Positions 27,133-41,651 of a stretch of 64,000 bases of DNA are shown here, piece by piece. The stretch comes from Octopus vulgaris. Lineage: Eukaryota. The stretch covers positions 36,518,001-36,582,000 of the forward strand of contig OX597831.1 in assembly GCA_951406725.2 (NCBI GenBank). Direction: 5' to 3'. A program made the position numbers and the translations under genes. How positions within the stretch are numbered: position 1 is the first letter of the stretch; each line of letters starts with the position of its first letter. A model generated the notes under the pieces. The model saw nothing but the letters and a program-made list of their open reading frames with translations, was not told where the DNA came from and did not search any database.

Positions 27133-28324
27133 TAATATCAATCATATTATATACATAAGAAAATCAAATGTACTGGTTGATGTCATAATTTGCTTTCAAG
27201 TCATTCCTGATTGAGTAGATCTCTGGTCAAAGACACTCCAGTTTTGACCATCACTTTTTATATTTAGATTTGGTTTATCTAAGACACTACATGAATCTAC
27301 ATTATCCAAAATCTCCTTTTTAAAATGACCGAATGGTGTGATTTGAAGAAAATTTGGTTGCTATTTCTACAAATCAAGTAGCCAAATAGATGTTTCTTGC
27401 TAGTTAATCCACTCAAACGGTGTTGACATGATGTGTATGAACATGATATACCATATTCTAAGAATGCAAGGTGTTCATGGCTATGGAATATTTAAGGTAA
27501 AGTGGTAAGGTTCAAATCTTAGGATACTGAGTCTCTTACCAGAAATGATGAAGAATCATGACAAATGATGTTACTGGAAGCTTTTTCTTGTTTGCTGAAG
27601 AACTGTATAAGGATTCTTTATTTTAGTTTTATGTGAACATATATGTGTGCATGAAGGCAAATATATACATGTGAAGGGGTGAATGTGTGTGTGTGTATGC
27701 GTTTGTGTGTTTTCATATATGTGCAAGTGTGTGAAGATTTGTGTGAGGGTTGTGTGTTTAAAGATTTATGTAAAAGTATGTATGTATGTATGTATGAATG
27801 AAGATGCTTCTATGAACCACAGTAATAGTAACAGTTATGGGAATAAAGGTAACGGGAAAGAAATTTTCCTATCATTTTCAACAACCTACACAATTCTCGA
27901 ATTAGAATCAGTTTCAATTGAAAAATATAAAAATTTAGTAATTGAGATTTTTTTTCCTTTACAAACCAATTTCTTCCACTGTGACACTCAAAGCTTAACT
28001 TTACAAATTGAAAATTTTTTTAGAAATATATTTTGTATTAGGAGAAGAAGATTTAGTTGCAAGAAGAACTGGGAAAAGAGATTGAATACACTCAACATAT
28101 TACTCTATTTGACTACCCTTAGTTATTAGGTTGTGGCCATGCTGAAGCCCCAACATATTACTGGTATTTTCTTTATCTGAAAATGCTAGAATAGCAGAAA
28201 CTAGAAGTATTGAGTTTTGTTATCAAGAATATCATATCATTTCTTATGATATAAAACTTTTTCAAGAAAAATTCATCTATAACATGAAGAAACCTTGCTT
28301 CGCTGTGGACAATGGTGGAATCTA

Positions 28325-29600
28325 CTGGGTTTGGGCAAAATAATAGAAACATTGAAATTTCAAACAATTTTATTTTAACATGGGGTGGGATCACCTTCAG
28401 CAGTAATTACAGCTTGAATTCTACGAGATATGGACTCATACAAAGTTTGAATTATTTCCAAAGGAATTTTTGTCCATTCTTCAGCAAAAACTGTCTTCAG
28501 TCCTTGTAGTGATGAGGGTGGAGGATATCGACTCCTTACTTGTTTTTCTAAAATGCACCATAATGTTCAATAATATTGAGATCTGGGGTCTGTGGTTGCC
28601 AGATAAGATGTTCATCTTCACTAGAATGTTCCTTGTGCCGTTCAGTAACAACTTTAGCTGTGTGAATTGGGGCATAATCATCCTGAAAGATTGCGTTTAC
28701 CTCCAGAAATAGTTCCGCAACCATAGGATGAATTTCATAAGATAAAATGCTTAAATAGTCTTGACTATTAATTCTTCCATGAAGGGAAACCATTGAGCTG
28801 GCAGATTTCCAAGATATAGCCCCAAGATCATCTCTCACAGATCCTCCTCCATATTTAACACTTGGAAGAAGGCAGTCTGGGTCAAATACTTCTTTTGGCT
28901 GTCTCCACATATATACTCAGCTAGTGGTCGGAAATAGGGTAAAAGATGACTCACCTGAGAAAATAACATTTTTCCACTGCTCTAGGGATCAATTCTGTAG
29001 GTTTTTACTTCACTCTAAACGCTTTGCCACGTTTGTTTTTGAAAGTAGTGGTTTTCTGATGGCAGCCCTCCCATGAAATCTGGCTTTGTGCAGCTCCCAG
29101 TGAACAGTTTTTGTGGAAACTGTGTTCTCAAGGTGGTCATTAAGCTATGGAGTAATTTTGAGAGCTGTACTTTTGTGATCCGTTCTAACAATTCGCATAA
29201 CAGTCTGATGGTCCCTCTCTGAAAGTTCTGGTTTTCTTCTGGAGTTTTGTTTCCACGAGGTGGTTTTCTTCCCCTCTTTCTCAAATGCTGTCACCACTTT
29301 CAAGACAGTACTTCTTGATACACCAAACATTTCGGCTGTTTGCATTATGCTGGCCCCTGCCATACGAACACCAACAATTTGACCTCTTTGAAAGTCCGAT
29401 AGATCTGTCATTTTAATGAATTTTAATTACGTTTTTCTGATGGTATCTGAAAAGAAACAGTAATTTTAGCAAAACATATTAAGCAACACTAATAATAAAT
29501 CAAAAACCATAAAAATAAACAAGCTTTTGACAGTTTTATAGATATTTCAAAATTATGATGCTATGATGCTAGGTGTTTCCATTATTTTGTCCAACCCTTG
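28325..29600 (-). mobile_element. Near full-length Tc1-like transposon with frameshifted transposase
   Basis: MTDLSDFQRGQIVG...FGVSRSTV (HTH) and LPSVKYGGGSV...FQDDYAPIHTAK...WQPQTPDLNIIEH (DD34E-type). TIRs of about 26 bp with TA flanks. Confidence 0.92.
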
Positions 29601-30514
29601 TATATTGTATTTCTGATTCTTGAAACATGTTACAAAATACTACGATGGATCACTGAATGTTGCCTTGCTTGCTGCCTTCTCATCCAAACTACACAGGTAT
29701 GGATTGGCAAAAGGTAAGGACATATACCATAAAAGCATGATTAATTCATATCAATATGAATAAATTAACATCACATTTAAGAGTGTAACCTGAATGCTAA
29801 AGGGTTAAAGCAGCTTGCATGTGGCTTTTCAGTCCTTCTAGGGTTCCTTCACTTATTTTCAATCATGTGATTATTTATTTATAGAAAAACATTGTAGACT
29901 ATGTGCGAGAGACCAGATCCCGGTTGGTTGGAATATAAAACAGGTAGGAAATATCTGGGCTCCATATGGCAGGTGTAAATGCTAGTGGGTTAAGAGAACA
30001 ATCAAATAAAGCTGCAACCATCATACACATGTATGCAGTTAAAGGGTGGAGCAAAAGTCCTGCACCAAAAACATCCGATGGTTTATTTATATTACATTAT
30101 TATTATTCACTCCCATTTCATCCGGTTGTGGTTGATATAATAAGTACCAGTTAAACACTGGGGTTGATGTAATTGACTTACTTCATCCTTTGAAATTGCT
30201 GGCCTTGTGCCAAAATTTGAAATTATTATTATTATTTATTTCATTCATCATGTACATGTACATGAGCATTAATCATTATTTCATTTCTTTTATTCAGCTT
30301 TAGAAAAATCAAAGCATGTCTTTGACAATTCTTGAGTGTCATACACTTTATTTTGTGCATGACTTTTGGCCCACCCAGTATAAAAGTATCTACAGGCTTC
30401 CATACAATTCTATCAAATAATCCCAATTACAAGGCATAGCTTGATATGAGGCTTTAACAGAAAATACTTGCTCAAGGTGTCATGCCAAGGGAGTGAACAC
30501 ACAAATACACCCCT

Positions 30515-30885
30515 GCTGTGGCTGTGTGGTAAGTAGCTTGCTTACCAGCCACATGGTTCCAAGTTCAGTCCCACTGCGTGGCACCTTGGGCTAGTGTCTT
30601 CTACTATAGCTTCAGGCCGACCAAAGCATTGTGAGTGGATTTGGTAGACGGAAACTGAAAGAAGCCTATCGTATATATACTCTTTTACTCTTTTACTTGT
30701 TTCAGTCATTTGACAGTGGCCATGTTAGAGCACCACCTTTAGTCAAGCAAATCGACCCCAGGACTTATTCTTTGTAAGCCTAGTACTTATTCTATCAGTC
30801 TCTTTTGCCAAACCGCTAAGTTATGGGGACGTGAACACATCAACCGGTTGACAAGCAATGGTTGTGGGACAAATACAGACACACG

Positions 30886-30938
<53 letters not shown>

Positions 30939-31183
30939 GTTTAAATATTTGTTGTGCAAGATTTTTTATGACCATTCCGAAATATAACAATATATATATA
31001 TATATATACACATATACGATGGGCTTCTTTCAGTTTCTGTCTACCAAATTCACTCACAAGGCTTTGGTTGGCCTGAGGCTATAGTAGAAGACACTTGCCC
31101 AAAGTGCCACGCAGTGGGAATGAACCTGGAACTATGTGGTTGGTAAGCAAGCTACTTACCACACAGCCACTCCTACGACTATA

Positions 31184-31248
<65 letters not shown>

Positions 31249-31455
31249 ATGTGTTTGTGTGTCTGTGTTTGTACCCCCAACATCGCTTGACAACCAATGC
31301 TGGTGTGTTTATATCCCCCATAACTTAGCGATTTGGCGAAAGAGACCAATAGAATAAGTACTATGCTTACAAAGAATAAGTCCTGGGGTCGATTTGCTCG
31401 ACTAAAAGGTGGTGCTCCTGCATGGACGCCGTCAAATGACTGAAACAAGTAAAAG
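30515..31455. mobile_element. Family A SINE (+) with a second family A SINE (-) nested in its (TA)n
   Basis: Plus head 30515-30680, complete minus copy about 30690-31175, plus tail 31255-31455. Confidence 0.85.
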
Positions 31456-32875
31456 AAAAAATACACTGAAGACAAACATTATATTTCGAAACTTCTTGTA
31501 ACAGCTTAACACACTAAAACAAAAATTATATGCATCACATGGAGATATAGCACAATGGCTGTAACATTTAAGTTTGAATTTATATGTCTATGGTAAGTTG
31601 TCCAGCTACTTAACTTTGTAATTTAATGTGTATTATTTTAAAATAAAATCTGAATTCTTAAACAAACACCATAATTATCTTGACCAACAACTAACAAAAG
31701 CTTTCAAAATATACCTGTTATATCATGATTCGATCACTTTGTTTCATACAAGATTGTTTTTATTGAGTGTAAATTCAAATTATCCATTCCTGTCTTTGTT
31801 TGAATATATCTATTACATCAACTGTTTTCCATTTGAATGCTGTTTTCTGAAGTACTTTCACCAATTAGTCTAATGTTTCGTAGACTAATGAGATTTTAGT
31901 TACTCGTCTGATCATAAATATCTACATTACAACCTACAGAAGATGCTTATGTCTCGAACACTTTGATGACGAAAGCAAACTGTTATATTTTTCATGGTTC
32001 AGTCACCTCTATTTTCTACTAAATATAGATGCATATGTGCAAACACTTAACAGCTGCAAACTTATTCAGATGCATTAATGATTTGTTTGTTTCAAGGACA
32101 GGAAAATATTTTATTATGGTATTGCGATTTTCTCAACTTTTGATTATTTTCTCTTTCTCCAGTTTTTATTTTTGTTTTTTTTGTGCAGACATTTATATAA
32201 GTGTTTGCATGTATGAATTTGAGTATGTATATTCTTTCATTTTTTTATTCTTTTACTTGTTTCACTCATTTGACTGTGGCCATGCTGGAGCACTAACTTA
32301 AAGGGTGCTTTAGTTAAACAATTCGATCCCAGGACTTTTTTTAAACCTAGAACTTTTTAAACCTAAACAGCTCTGTCTGGCACCTGTGCGGGTGGCACGT
32401 AAAAAGCACCCACTACACTCATGGAGTGGTTGGCGTTAGGAAGGGCATCCAGCCGTAGAAACACTGCCAGATCTGACTGGGCCTGATGAAGCCTTCCAGC
32501 TTCACAGACCCCAGTTGAACCGTCCAACCCATGCTAGCATGGAAAACGGACGCTAAATGATGATGATGATGATGATGAACTTATTCTATCAGACTTCTGG
32601 CTTAACTACTAAAAATATACAGCCAGAGCTAACAAATGTTCTGAGGTCCTTTCACTTATTTTTAAAGAAAATATCACTGTGATAACCTGTTGGTAGTTCT
32701 TCACAAGGTATGGAGTATAATTTCAGTTTTGGCTGTTATAATTGCAATTATGGTTAAATTACTTAGATTTCATAATGATTTAAAACTAAAGATCTGTAGA
32801 TATATTAAATGTTTTTATAAATCAATACCATGTTCTACTGTGTTAGCAGTGCTCTTTACATTATTTTGTGATGGT

Positions 32876-33023
32876 TATTTCTACAGATATTCTATAGAAA
32901 TTATAGCTAGCACTGATCTTTGCTACGATGTTTCGTATTGAGATGTCAGAGACGTCAAGATACAAAACATTGTAGTAAAATATCCCTGCTGGCTATAATT
33001 TCTATACACTATCAGTAGAAATA
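32876..33023. repeat. Imperfect approximately 70-bp-arm palindrome
   Basis: tatttctacagata...gtattgagatgtc pairs with gacgtcaagatac...tcagtagaaata across a 3-nt loop. Confidence 0.8.
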
Positions 33024-33181
33024 AAATAATGGATTTAATACAATGGTTTTGTCAAAATAATTCCTTAGCCTCTCGGCTTGTGTATTTCAGTCATCATTTT
33101 TGTCCAAGAAGAAAGCTATATCAGTTTTGAAATGAATTTGCAGTGAGATTGCCTGTATGTTAAATAGAAGAGAACTCTTAC

Positions 33182-33209
33182 CTGAGCATAACAGAAATAG
33201 TTGAAATAG
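33182..33209 (-). CDS. Candidate 28-nt microexon (xYFNYFCYAQ)
   Basis: tcattccccaccAG|CTATTT...GCTCAG|GTAAGA. Strong donor, phase 2-0, compatible with the neighbouring candidates. Confidence 0.2.
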
Positions 33210-35199
33210 CTGGTGGGGAATGATATGTGTTTTACATAGTTAAAGAATATCTGCTACTCCAGTCAATTTTTATATGACAGTAAATTGGCAGGATTGTTAG
33301 AACATTGGAGAGTATGTCTTGCAGTATCTTGCAGTTCCAAGTCATTGCATTGTAATGACTCTGTATCTTTTAAGGTTGTCATAGCAACAAACAAACTGTC
33401 CACACACTTTTGGCTACATGAGTACAAAGTATAAAAAAAAGAACTAAAAATGACTTAGTTGAAAAATCTAAATTCTCAAAAAAATTACTATTAATGATGC
33501 TGAATATGTGGTACAAATAGTTGCTGTGAAAGGTAATTGTCCTTCGGTGTCAGGTATTTATGAAAAAGGAGGCGAATCAAAGGAAAAACTAAATAAGCTC
33601 AATCTTTGCTAAAACGATTTAAGATAAAGGATGAAAGGCTTTTTAATTAAAGAGTGAGGGGTGGTGCTTGACTGTTTTTTTCAGGACTTCTGAGTCTGGT
33701 TGTAAAATTTGGTCCACATCTTGCCACAGATTGAGCTCCAACAGAGATACCAAAAGACTAGTTAGCAGTGTCAAATTGGGGCAATTGGCTAAGTCTACCT
33801 ACAAGTGTTCAGAATGCAATTAGTAACAAGAAATACAGTAAAGCATCTTCCTTGTCTCTCTAACAATTTGGCCAAGAATCTTTACATTCTGAGTTCAAAT
33901 TCCACAGAGGTTGACTTTGCCCTTCATCCTTTCTCAGGGTTGATAAATTAGGTACCAGTTGCGTACTAGGGTCAATCTAATCGACTGGCCCCCTCCCCAA
34001 AAAATTTCGGGCCTTGTGCCTATAGTAGAAACGAATTTGGCCAAGTATCAGTCCTCCTTGGACTGATACATCATTTATTGACCTTCAAATGATGAAATGT
34101 AAAGTTGATTTTGGTGAGATTAAAAGTCTGAGCATAAACAAATACCACAAGGTATATTCTAACCTATACTTTAATGGTTTTGAATTCACTGTTTCTTGAC
34201 AACAGTGATAACATTATTGCTATTTAATTGAATTTCAGATTACAGATGGAATTAGTTACACAGAATACTTCCCTTACACATGAGATATAATAATATAGCA
34301 ACATTTTGAACTCATGAATGTATAGTCAGCAGTGCAGCACATTAATGTTAGTTGTTCTGCATACTTTCGTGCTTATCCTTCAGAAATAGAAAATTCCAAC
34401 AACTGGAAGTGTTAACCAAGTGCTAACTGACAGCCAATGTACAGTGATTCTGGCTGTTTTTATGCATAAATAAATTTCATTAATAATGCATTTATAATAT
34501 CACCATTTATATTGACTTTGTGAAAAGTAGACATGCAATCAATCTGTCTGTAAAACTATTTCAATAAATCAGTTCTAGTATGTTAAGTTGTGATGGTATT
34601 TGACTTGTATGCAGAATACTGAAACTCACATGAAACCATGTAGAAGTTACATAATTTCATATCTCTAGGGTCTAAATTTTGCAGATATTTACATCAGCAA
34701 ATAGTAAAGTTTGCATCCTCCGTCATCCCAATCTCCACATAATTTAACATAAGATGGAGTAGCACTTGCCACAATCCTTTAAGTCCATTTAAAATCTAAA
34801 ATGTTGGAAGTAACTGAATGACATTACGTTGCTTCATATGCAATTTGAACTTTTAAAAGGGAAGTGGTCGGAGAGAGCAAGCACATGGACAGAGAAATAA
34901 AACAGAAATGGAATTTTCCTGAAAGCTTCGTTATAATAAAGAAGGAACGGGTAGAGTGTATTCGATGGAACAAAGTAAGTGAAGAGGTCAGTGCATATGG
35001 TCAATTAAAGTGGAAGAGTAATAAAGCGGGCAACAGAAAGGGGAAGGATAAAATTTATTGACAGTTATAAATTATTAATGAAACAAACTGGAAGAAAACC
35101 TATTATCAAAGCTCACCAGAATAAACATTGAGGAATATTAGGGATAGCATCCTATTTGTAATGTAAAAGCAAAAAGTAAATGCCTTCCAAAACCCAAAC

Positions 35200-35880
35200 G
35201 GCTTTGAAAAGCAAGTTATTGTTGTTGTAAAATGAGTAATGAGTAAAGACCCCCTATGGATATGAATGACTGTGGGATTGCACCTAGAAAGTTCCTCTCT
35301 GAGGCACAAGTCTGGACAAGGTTGTTTACGGAAGACAAGCAGTTGCCCATGCATACCAGCCTCCCCTCTCCACGCCACCGATGTTATCCAAGGAAACGAT
35401 AAAGGGACTGATACAACTTGGCACCAGTGATGTCACGACTCATTTCTACAGCCGAGAGAACTGGAGTGACTTGAAATAAAGTGTCTTGTTCAAGAATGCA
35501 ACACAGAGCCCAGCTTTGAAAAGCAAGTTATTGTTGTAAAATAAGTAAAGACCCCCCTTTGGATATGAATGACCATGGGATTGCCCCTAGAAAGTTCCCC
35601 TCCGAGGCACAAGTCTGGGCAAGGTTGTTTGTGGAAGACCAGCAGTTGCCCATGCATACCAGACTCCTCTCTCCATCCCACTGACATTATCCAAGGGAAA
35701 GGCAAAGGGACCGATACAGCTTGGAACCAGGGACATCACAACTCATTTCTACAGATGAGTGAACTGGAGTGACTTGAAATAAGTGTCTTGTTCAAAAATG
35801 CAACACAGAGCCCAGTCCAAGAACTGAACTCACTACCTCATGATTGTGAGCCAGCTGCTCTAGCCACTGAGCCACATCCA
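35200..35880 (-). mobile_element. Tandemly duplicated tRNA-headed SINE (same family as 40410-40750)
   Basis: Two units of about 310 bp both start gctttgaaaagcaagttattgttgt, and the tRNA-like head is at 35810-35878. Confidence 0.8.
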
Positions 35881-37279
35881 TAAATGGATCCTGAGTAAGC
35901 AGACCTGTGGGTAAAAAAAATACCAGCTGTGACCATACGGTTTTACTGTTTTTTTCTCAAATGCAGGGAATCCAGGATTACATCATCCAATGTGTCCTTC
36001 TTTAAGACAGGATGATGTGAATTGAAAGGGAAAATTAGCTGCTATTTCTAGAAACTTGAAAGACAATGCAGAGGCCATTTCATTGGCTTGTTTACAAGTT
36101 AGTGTTTGGCTCAGATCTCTTAGCATTAAATAGCTAAAAGATAAATTTCCTCACCTTGAGTAGAAAACCAGTCTGTTGTTGATAACATTCCTAAATTATT
36201 TTTTACCTATTCCTGTTATCTCGATGAACAGAAGCAATGTCAAATAAAATATTCTTCTCAAAAAGAAAGCAAATTTCCTTCTGTTGATTTGAGCCTCTGA
36301 TTTTTATGACTGACTTTAAGCCTAATACACTTGGCTATCCGAATTTCTAAACAGGTGAACTGACAAAATCATTTAAGCAATGGATAGAATAACATTAGGT
36401 TTTGGTTCTGACTATGTCCTCTGCTACCAACAGCCACCAAGATCACATTTACCTTTCAATCATTTGGGGTCAATTAATAAAGTACTGGTCTTTGTTCTCT
36501 CTCTCTCTCCTTCTGGAAGCAATCTGTTGTAGTCATATTAGGAGAAGGATGGGTCCCACTTGGCATAGATGATGAAAACATATTGTTGACAAACAGCAGT
36601 GATGCCCTTACGAGGCCATCAGTAGTTAGGCCCCAACAGTAAGACAAGGCTAAATTTCAACCAATTATATGAGTACAGTTATTAATTGTTGTTGTTGTTG
36701 TTGTTCACTACCAGGTCCTCCCTGATCATGCAGACTTATGATTAATGATGTTCCAGCTTTGACTACCCCCATTATTCTGTATATCTAATATTCTTTTCTA
36801 CTCTAGGCACAAGGCCCAAAATTCTTTGGAGGGAGAGGCCAGTCAATCAGATTGATCCCAGTATGCAACTGGTGCTTAATTTATCGACCCCGAAAGGATA
36901 AAAAGCAAAGTCGACCTCGGCGGAATTTGAACTCAGAATATAAAGACAAACGAAATACTGCTAAATATTTCACCCATCATGCTAATGTTTCTGCCAGGTT
37001 ACCGCCTTTCTGTACATCTAATATTGCATTATCCATTATTGCTTTTTTTAGGATGACAAGGTGTGATCTGAGGGTAATTTTGGTCCTATTTCCAGCATGC
37101 TAGATGATAGCATTGAGACATTCTGCATATTCGCTTAAACAATTATCAATTGGTAAGCCTATGAACTTTTCAGCCCACCCTCATCTAAATTTTGATTAGG
37201 CAGAATGTGTGTGCAATCATATACCAGTGCTGTATTGATCCCTTATATAACTGGTGGTTCATTCATTATTGACTTTAAA

Positions 37280-37728
37280 CCCTTTCGTTACCACATACAT
37301 TTTGAGATGCCCTGTGTTCCTTTCAATTAATTTCAAATATAACAAAGAATTTAATTAAGCTAGTGTTAGGAACATAAATTATAACTAAGGTTTGGTAGAA
37401 GATTTTAATTCAGAACTTATGAAAGCAAGACATTTGTACTACAGAGCCAGAGGTGGTTTCAGCTGGGTAGGTATCAAAAGGGTTAAAAATATCATGGTGA
37501 CTTTATCCCTTTTGTTACCATATTTCTTTTGAAATGTTCTGAGTTTCTTTTAATTAATTTTAAATATATCAAAGAATTTAGTAAAATGACTTAGTTATCA
37601 TTAAGCTAGTGTTAGGAACATAAATTGTGACTAAGGTTTGGTGGAAGATTTTAATTCAAAACTTATGAAAACAAGACATTTGTACTACAGAGCCAGAGGT
37701 GATTTCAGCTTGGTTGGTATCGAAAGGA
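37280..37728. mobile_element. Two tandem piggyBac-like MITEs (about 200-220 bp each)
   Basis: CCC...GGG termini with (T)TAA flanks. Same family as 47431-47905, in the opposite orientation. Confidence 0.7.
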
Positions 37729-39184
37729 TTGAAGAATGACCAGCAACAACAATCCTTGCAGAATTTGAACTCAAAATGATGTGGATAAGTAAGTAAATAT
37801 TGTAAAGAACATTATTATTATTGGTAATATTAAAGATGGCATAGGAGTGGCTGTGTGGTAAGTAGTTTGTTTACGAACCACATGGCTCCGAGTTCAGTGC
37901 CACAATGTGGCACCTTGGGCAAGTGTCTTCTACTATAGCCTCAGGCTGACCAAAGCCTTGTGAGAGGATATGTTAGACGGAAACTGAAAGAAGCCCATCG
38001 TATATATGTACATGTATATATATGTATGTGTGTGTATACGTTTGTGTGGCTGTGTTTGTTCCCCCAACATCACTTAACAACCGATGCTGGTGTGTTCATG
38101 TCCCTATAACTTAGCGGTTCGGCGAAAGAGACTGACAGAATAAGTACTAGGCTTACAAATAATAAGTTCTGGAGTCGATTTGCTTGACTAAATGCGGTGC
38201 TCCAGCATGGCCACAGTCAAGTGACTGAAACAAAAGAGTGTGGTGAACTGGCAGAATTGTTAAACGTATTGAACAAAATGTTTAGGGTAATTTTTTCTGA
38301 ATTTTACATTCTGAGTTCAAATCCTATTGAGGCCAAGTTTGCACTTTTCTCCTTTCAGGGTTGATAAGATAAAGTGATACTAGAAGTTAATGCTATTGAC
38401 TCACTTCCTCCTCTCAAAATTGCTGGCCTTGTGCCAAAATTAGAAAGAATTATTTTCATTATTATTCATGTATATGAAGGGGTAAAGCGGCAGAATCATT
38501 AGCACACCAAACAAAATGCTTAGTGGCATTTTGTCTGTCTTTACATTCTGAGTTCAAATTCCACAGAGGTTGACTTTGCTTATGATCGATTCAGGGTCAA
38601 TGACCTAAGTGCCAATTGAACACTGGGGTAGGTGTAATTGGCTAGTCCTATCCCTCAAGATTTCAGGCCTTTTGCAAATGATAGAAAGGATTACGATTTG
38701 TCTTTATCAACTTATTCCATTATTTCTTGAAGAACCAAAATAATAAGTATTTCAGCTGGGTTGAACTGGAGTGAAGTAAAATAAAGTGTCTTGTTCAAGA
38801 ATGCAACACAGAGCCCAGCCCAAGAACTGAACTCAATATCTCATGATTGTGAGCCTGATGCTCCAGCCACTGAGCCACATCCATAAATGGATAGGTGTAA
38901 TTGGTTAGTCCTACCACTCAAGATTTCAGCCCTTTTGCAAATGATACAAATGATACATTTGTCATCATCAAATCATTCCATTATTTCTTGAAGAACCAAA
39001 ATAATAAGGATTTCAGTAATTTGGGATTGTTGTGTTTGACACAGAAACCCTGTTTTAAAGATTGAAATCAGTGTTGGCACTTTACTAGAGTTATATTTAG
39101 AGATTATTTACTGTAGAGCACCAAGGGCTGAAATATATAATAGCCAGACTGTCAGCTCACTGGCTTGTGTACAATCACCAAACT

Positions 39185-39545
<361 letters not shown>

Positions 39546-39563
39546 AGGTATATTATCATTATT

Positions 39564-39579
39564 CAGTGACCTGAACAAT

Positions 39580-39615
<36 letters not shown>

Positions 39616-39621
39616 AATAAC

Positions 39622-39670
<49 letters not shown>

Positions 39671-39812
39671 TCAAAAAATACATTAGGAATGAGAATCCAG
39701 GTTCAAAATTTCCTCAAGACACCTGATGAAGGCTGGAGAGTATATCAGCTGAAACGTTGTGTTAGCAACAAACAAGATGAGGACAAATATCCTTCAAATG
39801 TAAATAATGTAA
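39564..39812 (+). mobile_element. Family D SINE lacking most of the tRNA head, head-to-head with the previous copy
   Basis: cagtgacctga-(AAC/AAT)n-body-HHR-aatgtaaataatgtaaat. Confidence 0.85.
39718..39763 (+). ncRNA. Minimal type I hammerhead ribozyme motif (best-preserved copy)
   Basis: GACAC-CTGATGA-A-GGCTG-gagagtatat-CAGCT-GAAA-CG-TT-GTGTT. Both core boxes, 5-bp stems I and II and palindromic AACGTT at stem III. Confidence 0.7.
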
Positions 39813-40409
39813 ATCACTTAACTGTTCCATAGATTGGCTCTAGAAGAGTTGAGTAGGATTCCTCAATTCTAACTAAAATCAAGCATTTAATCTGGTCATA
39901 TCCAGCCCAAATATTCAATCTGCTTTGTGTTCAAACTGAACAGATCCAACCCCTCACACAAGCCCTACAATGTCATTCTAAAAATATGCAAGCACACCAT
40001 TGCAATCTCGAAGCTAGAAAATAAGGCATGATCAATTCAAAACAATGGGAATGAATAAGTATTACATATGACAGAGTTAAGTGAATGGCAAAATGTTAAG
40101 TATTATGGCTTAGCTTTAGATGACCATTGTGGAAATCACAAGACATCAATTCATTCAGGTCAGTTTAAGTCACATTTGATGAGAAGTGGTAGAACTGGAG
40201 ATTATCACATCATTCTGTGTATCTTGGGCAAAACAGCTTGAAGGATACTGTTCCTTCAAAGAAGATACACTCACAATGGAAAATGAACTCAGCACAGGGT
40301 GTTGACAAATTAATTTTACTCTTTGATTGCTGTATTTTAGATAAGTGAGGTATTTCTATACAGAAATACTTGATGAAATATTTAAGGCTAGATTAATAGA
40401 GATGACGTG

Positions 40410-40750
40410 AAGGTGCATCACTCAGTGGTTAGAATGTCTGGCTCACAATCATGAGGTAGTGAGTTCAATTCCCAGACTGGGCTGTGTGCTGTGTTCTTGA
40501 GCAAGACACTTTATTTCATGTCGCTCCAGTTCACTCGGCTGTAGAAATGACATCACCGGTGCCAAGCTGTATCGGTCCCTTTGCCTTTCCTTTGGATAAC
40601 ATCGGTGGTGTTTAGATGGGAGTCTGTTATGCATGGGTCGCTGCTGGTCTTCCATAAACAACTTTGCCTGGACTTATATCTCGGAATGTAACTTCCTAGG
40701 TGCAATCCCTTGGTCATTCTTGTCCGAAGGGATCTTTACCCTTTACCCTT
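40410..40750 (+). mobile_element. tRNA-headed SINE
   Basis: ctcagtggttag...gagttcaattccc head, central gttcttgagcaagacacttta...ctccagttcactc domain and (TTTACCC) tail. Confidence 0.8.
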
Positions 40751-41651
40751 CAATGGAGATGTGAGTTAGATGGTCTTACAGATACAAAGATGGTAGCATG
40801 ATAGAGAAAACCAACGTTTTGTCCAGTTGCCTATTTCTATCTCCATTCATCCTTTTATGCTCCCTATAGTTTATTTCACTTAATTTTAAACATTCATAAT
40901 TATTAATTAGCTCAAGGCCACAGTGAATTGTCTTTTTTCCAAAACTAAATGCAAGTGTCTATTTTCTCCAAGAGTTCATGTCATTTTTCACCATCTCAGT
41001 ATTTTAATAGCAAAGAGGAAAATATGGATGACATTCAAAATAGCAAAAGTGAAAATGAATCAATAAAAGCCTGCTTTGTCTATTTTGTAAAATGAGACAA
41101 GCAAATGGCTTCTTGAACAAGGAAAATTGTGAGGTCACATCTCAGGATGCAGCAGCCGCAGAGAATAGATGGCGAAAAAGATTGAAATGATATTATGCAC
41201 TGCACTTGACTCAATCAACCTGTGCCAGCATGGAAAAGCTGGTGTTAAAACATTTATGACAGTGATTAATGAGATGTGCAGATTCTAAAAAGTCTAAAGA
41301 AAGAGAAACAGGAAGATGTAACTTTCATACCTTTTCACAAAAGTATTTGTAACATATGTTAAGTGGCTTCCAAGCTGTGGAATTAACAGTCACATATTCA
41401 CACAGGTACTTTGTTTGATAGGACAAAATAATTATTTCTATTCCCGTAGAGCATCAACAAACACCATCACTAACAGAACAATTCCAATTTCAGGACGTAA
41501 CTATTTTTGCTCACTTCCATTGTGAATCTATTTGGAAAACAATGGCTGAATCTATAAAGCTTTGGCCAAAATGTCTTGTGGTACTCAGTTTTTAGAGTAC
41601 ATTACATTCTGAGTTCAAAATACTGCCAGAGGCTGGTAAACTATTTATTAA

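Noticed and set aside
36154-36189. 36-nt minus-strand exon candidate
   Set aside because: The acceptor lacks a polypyrimidine tract.
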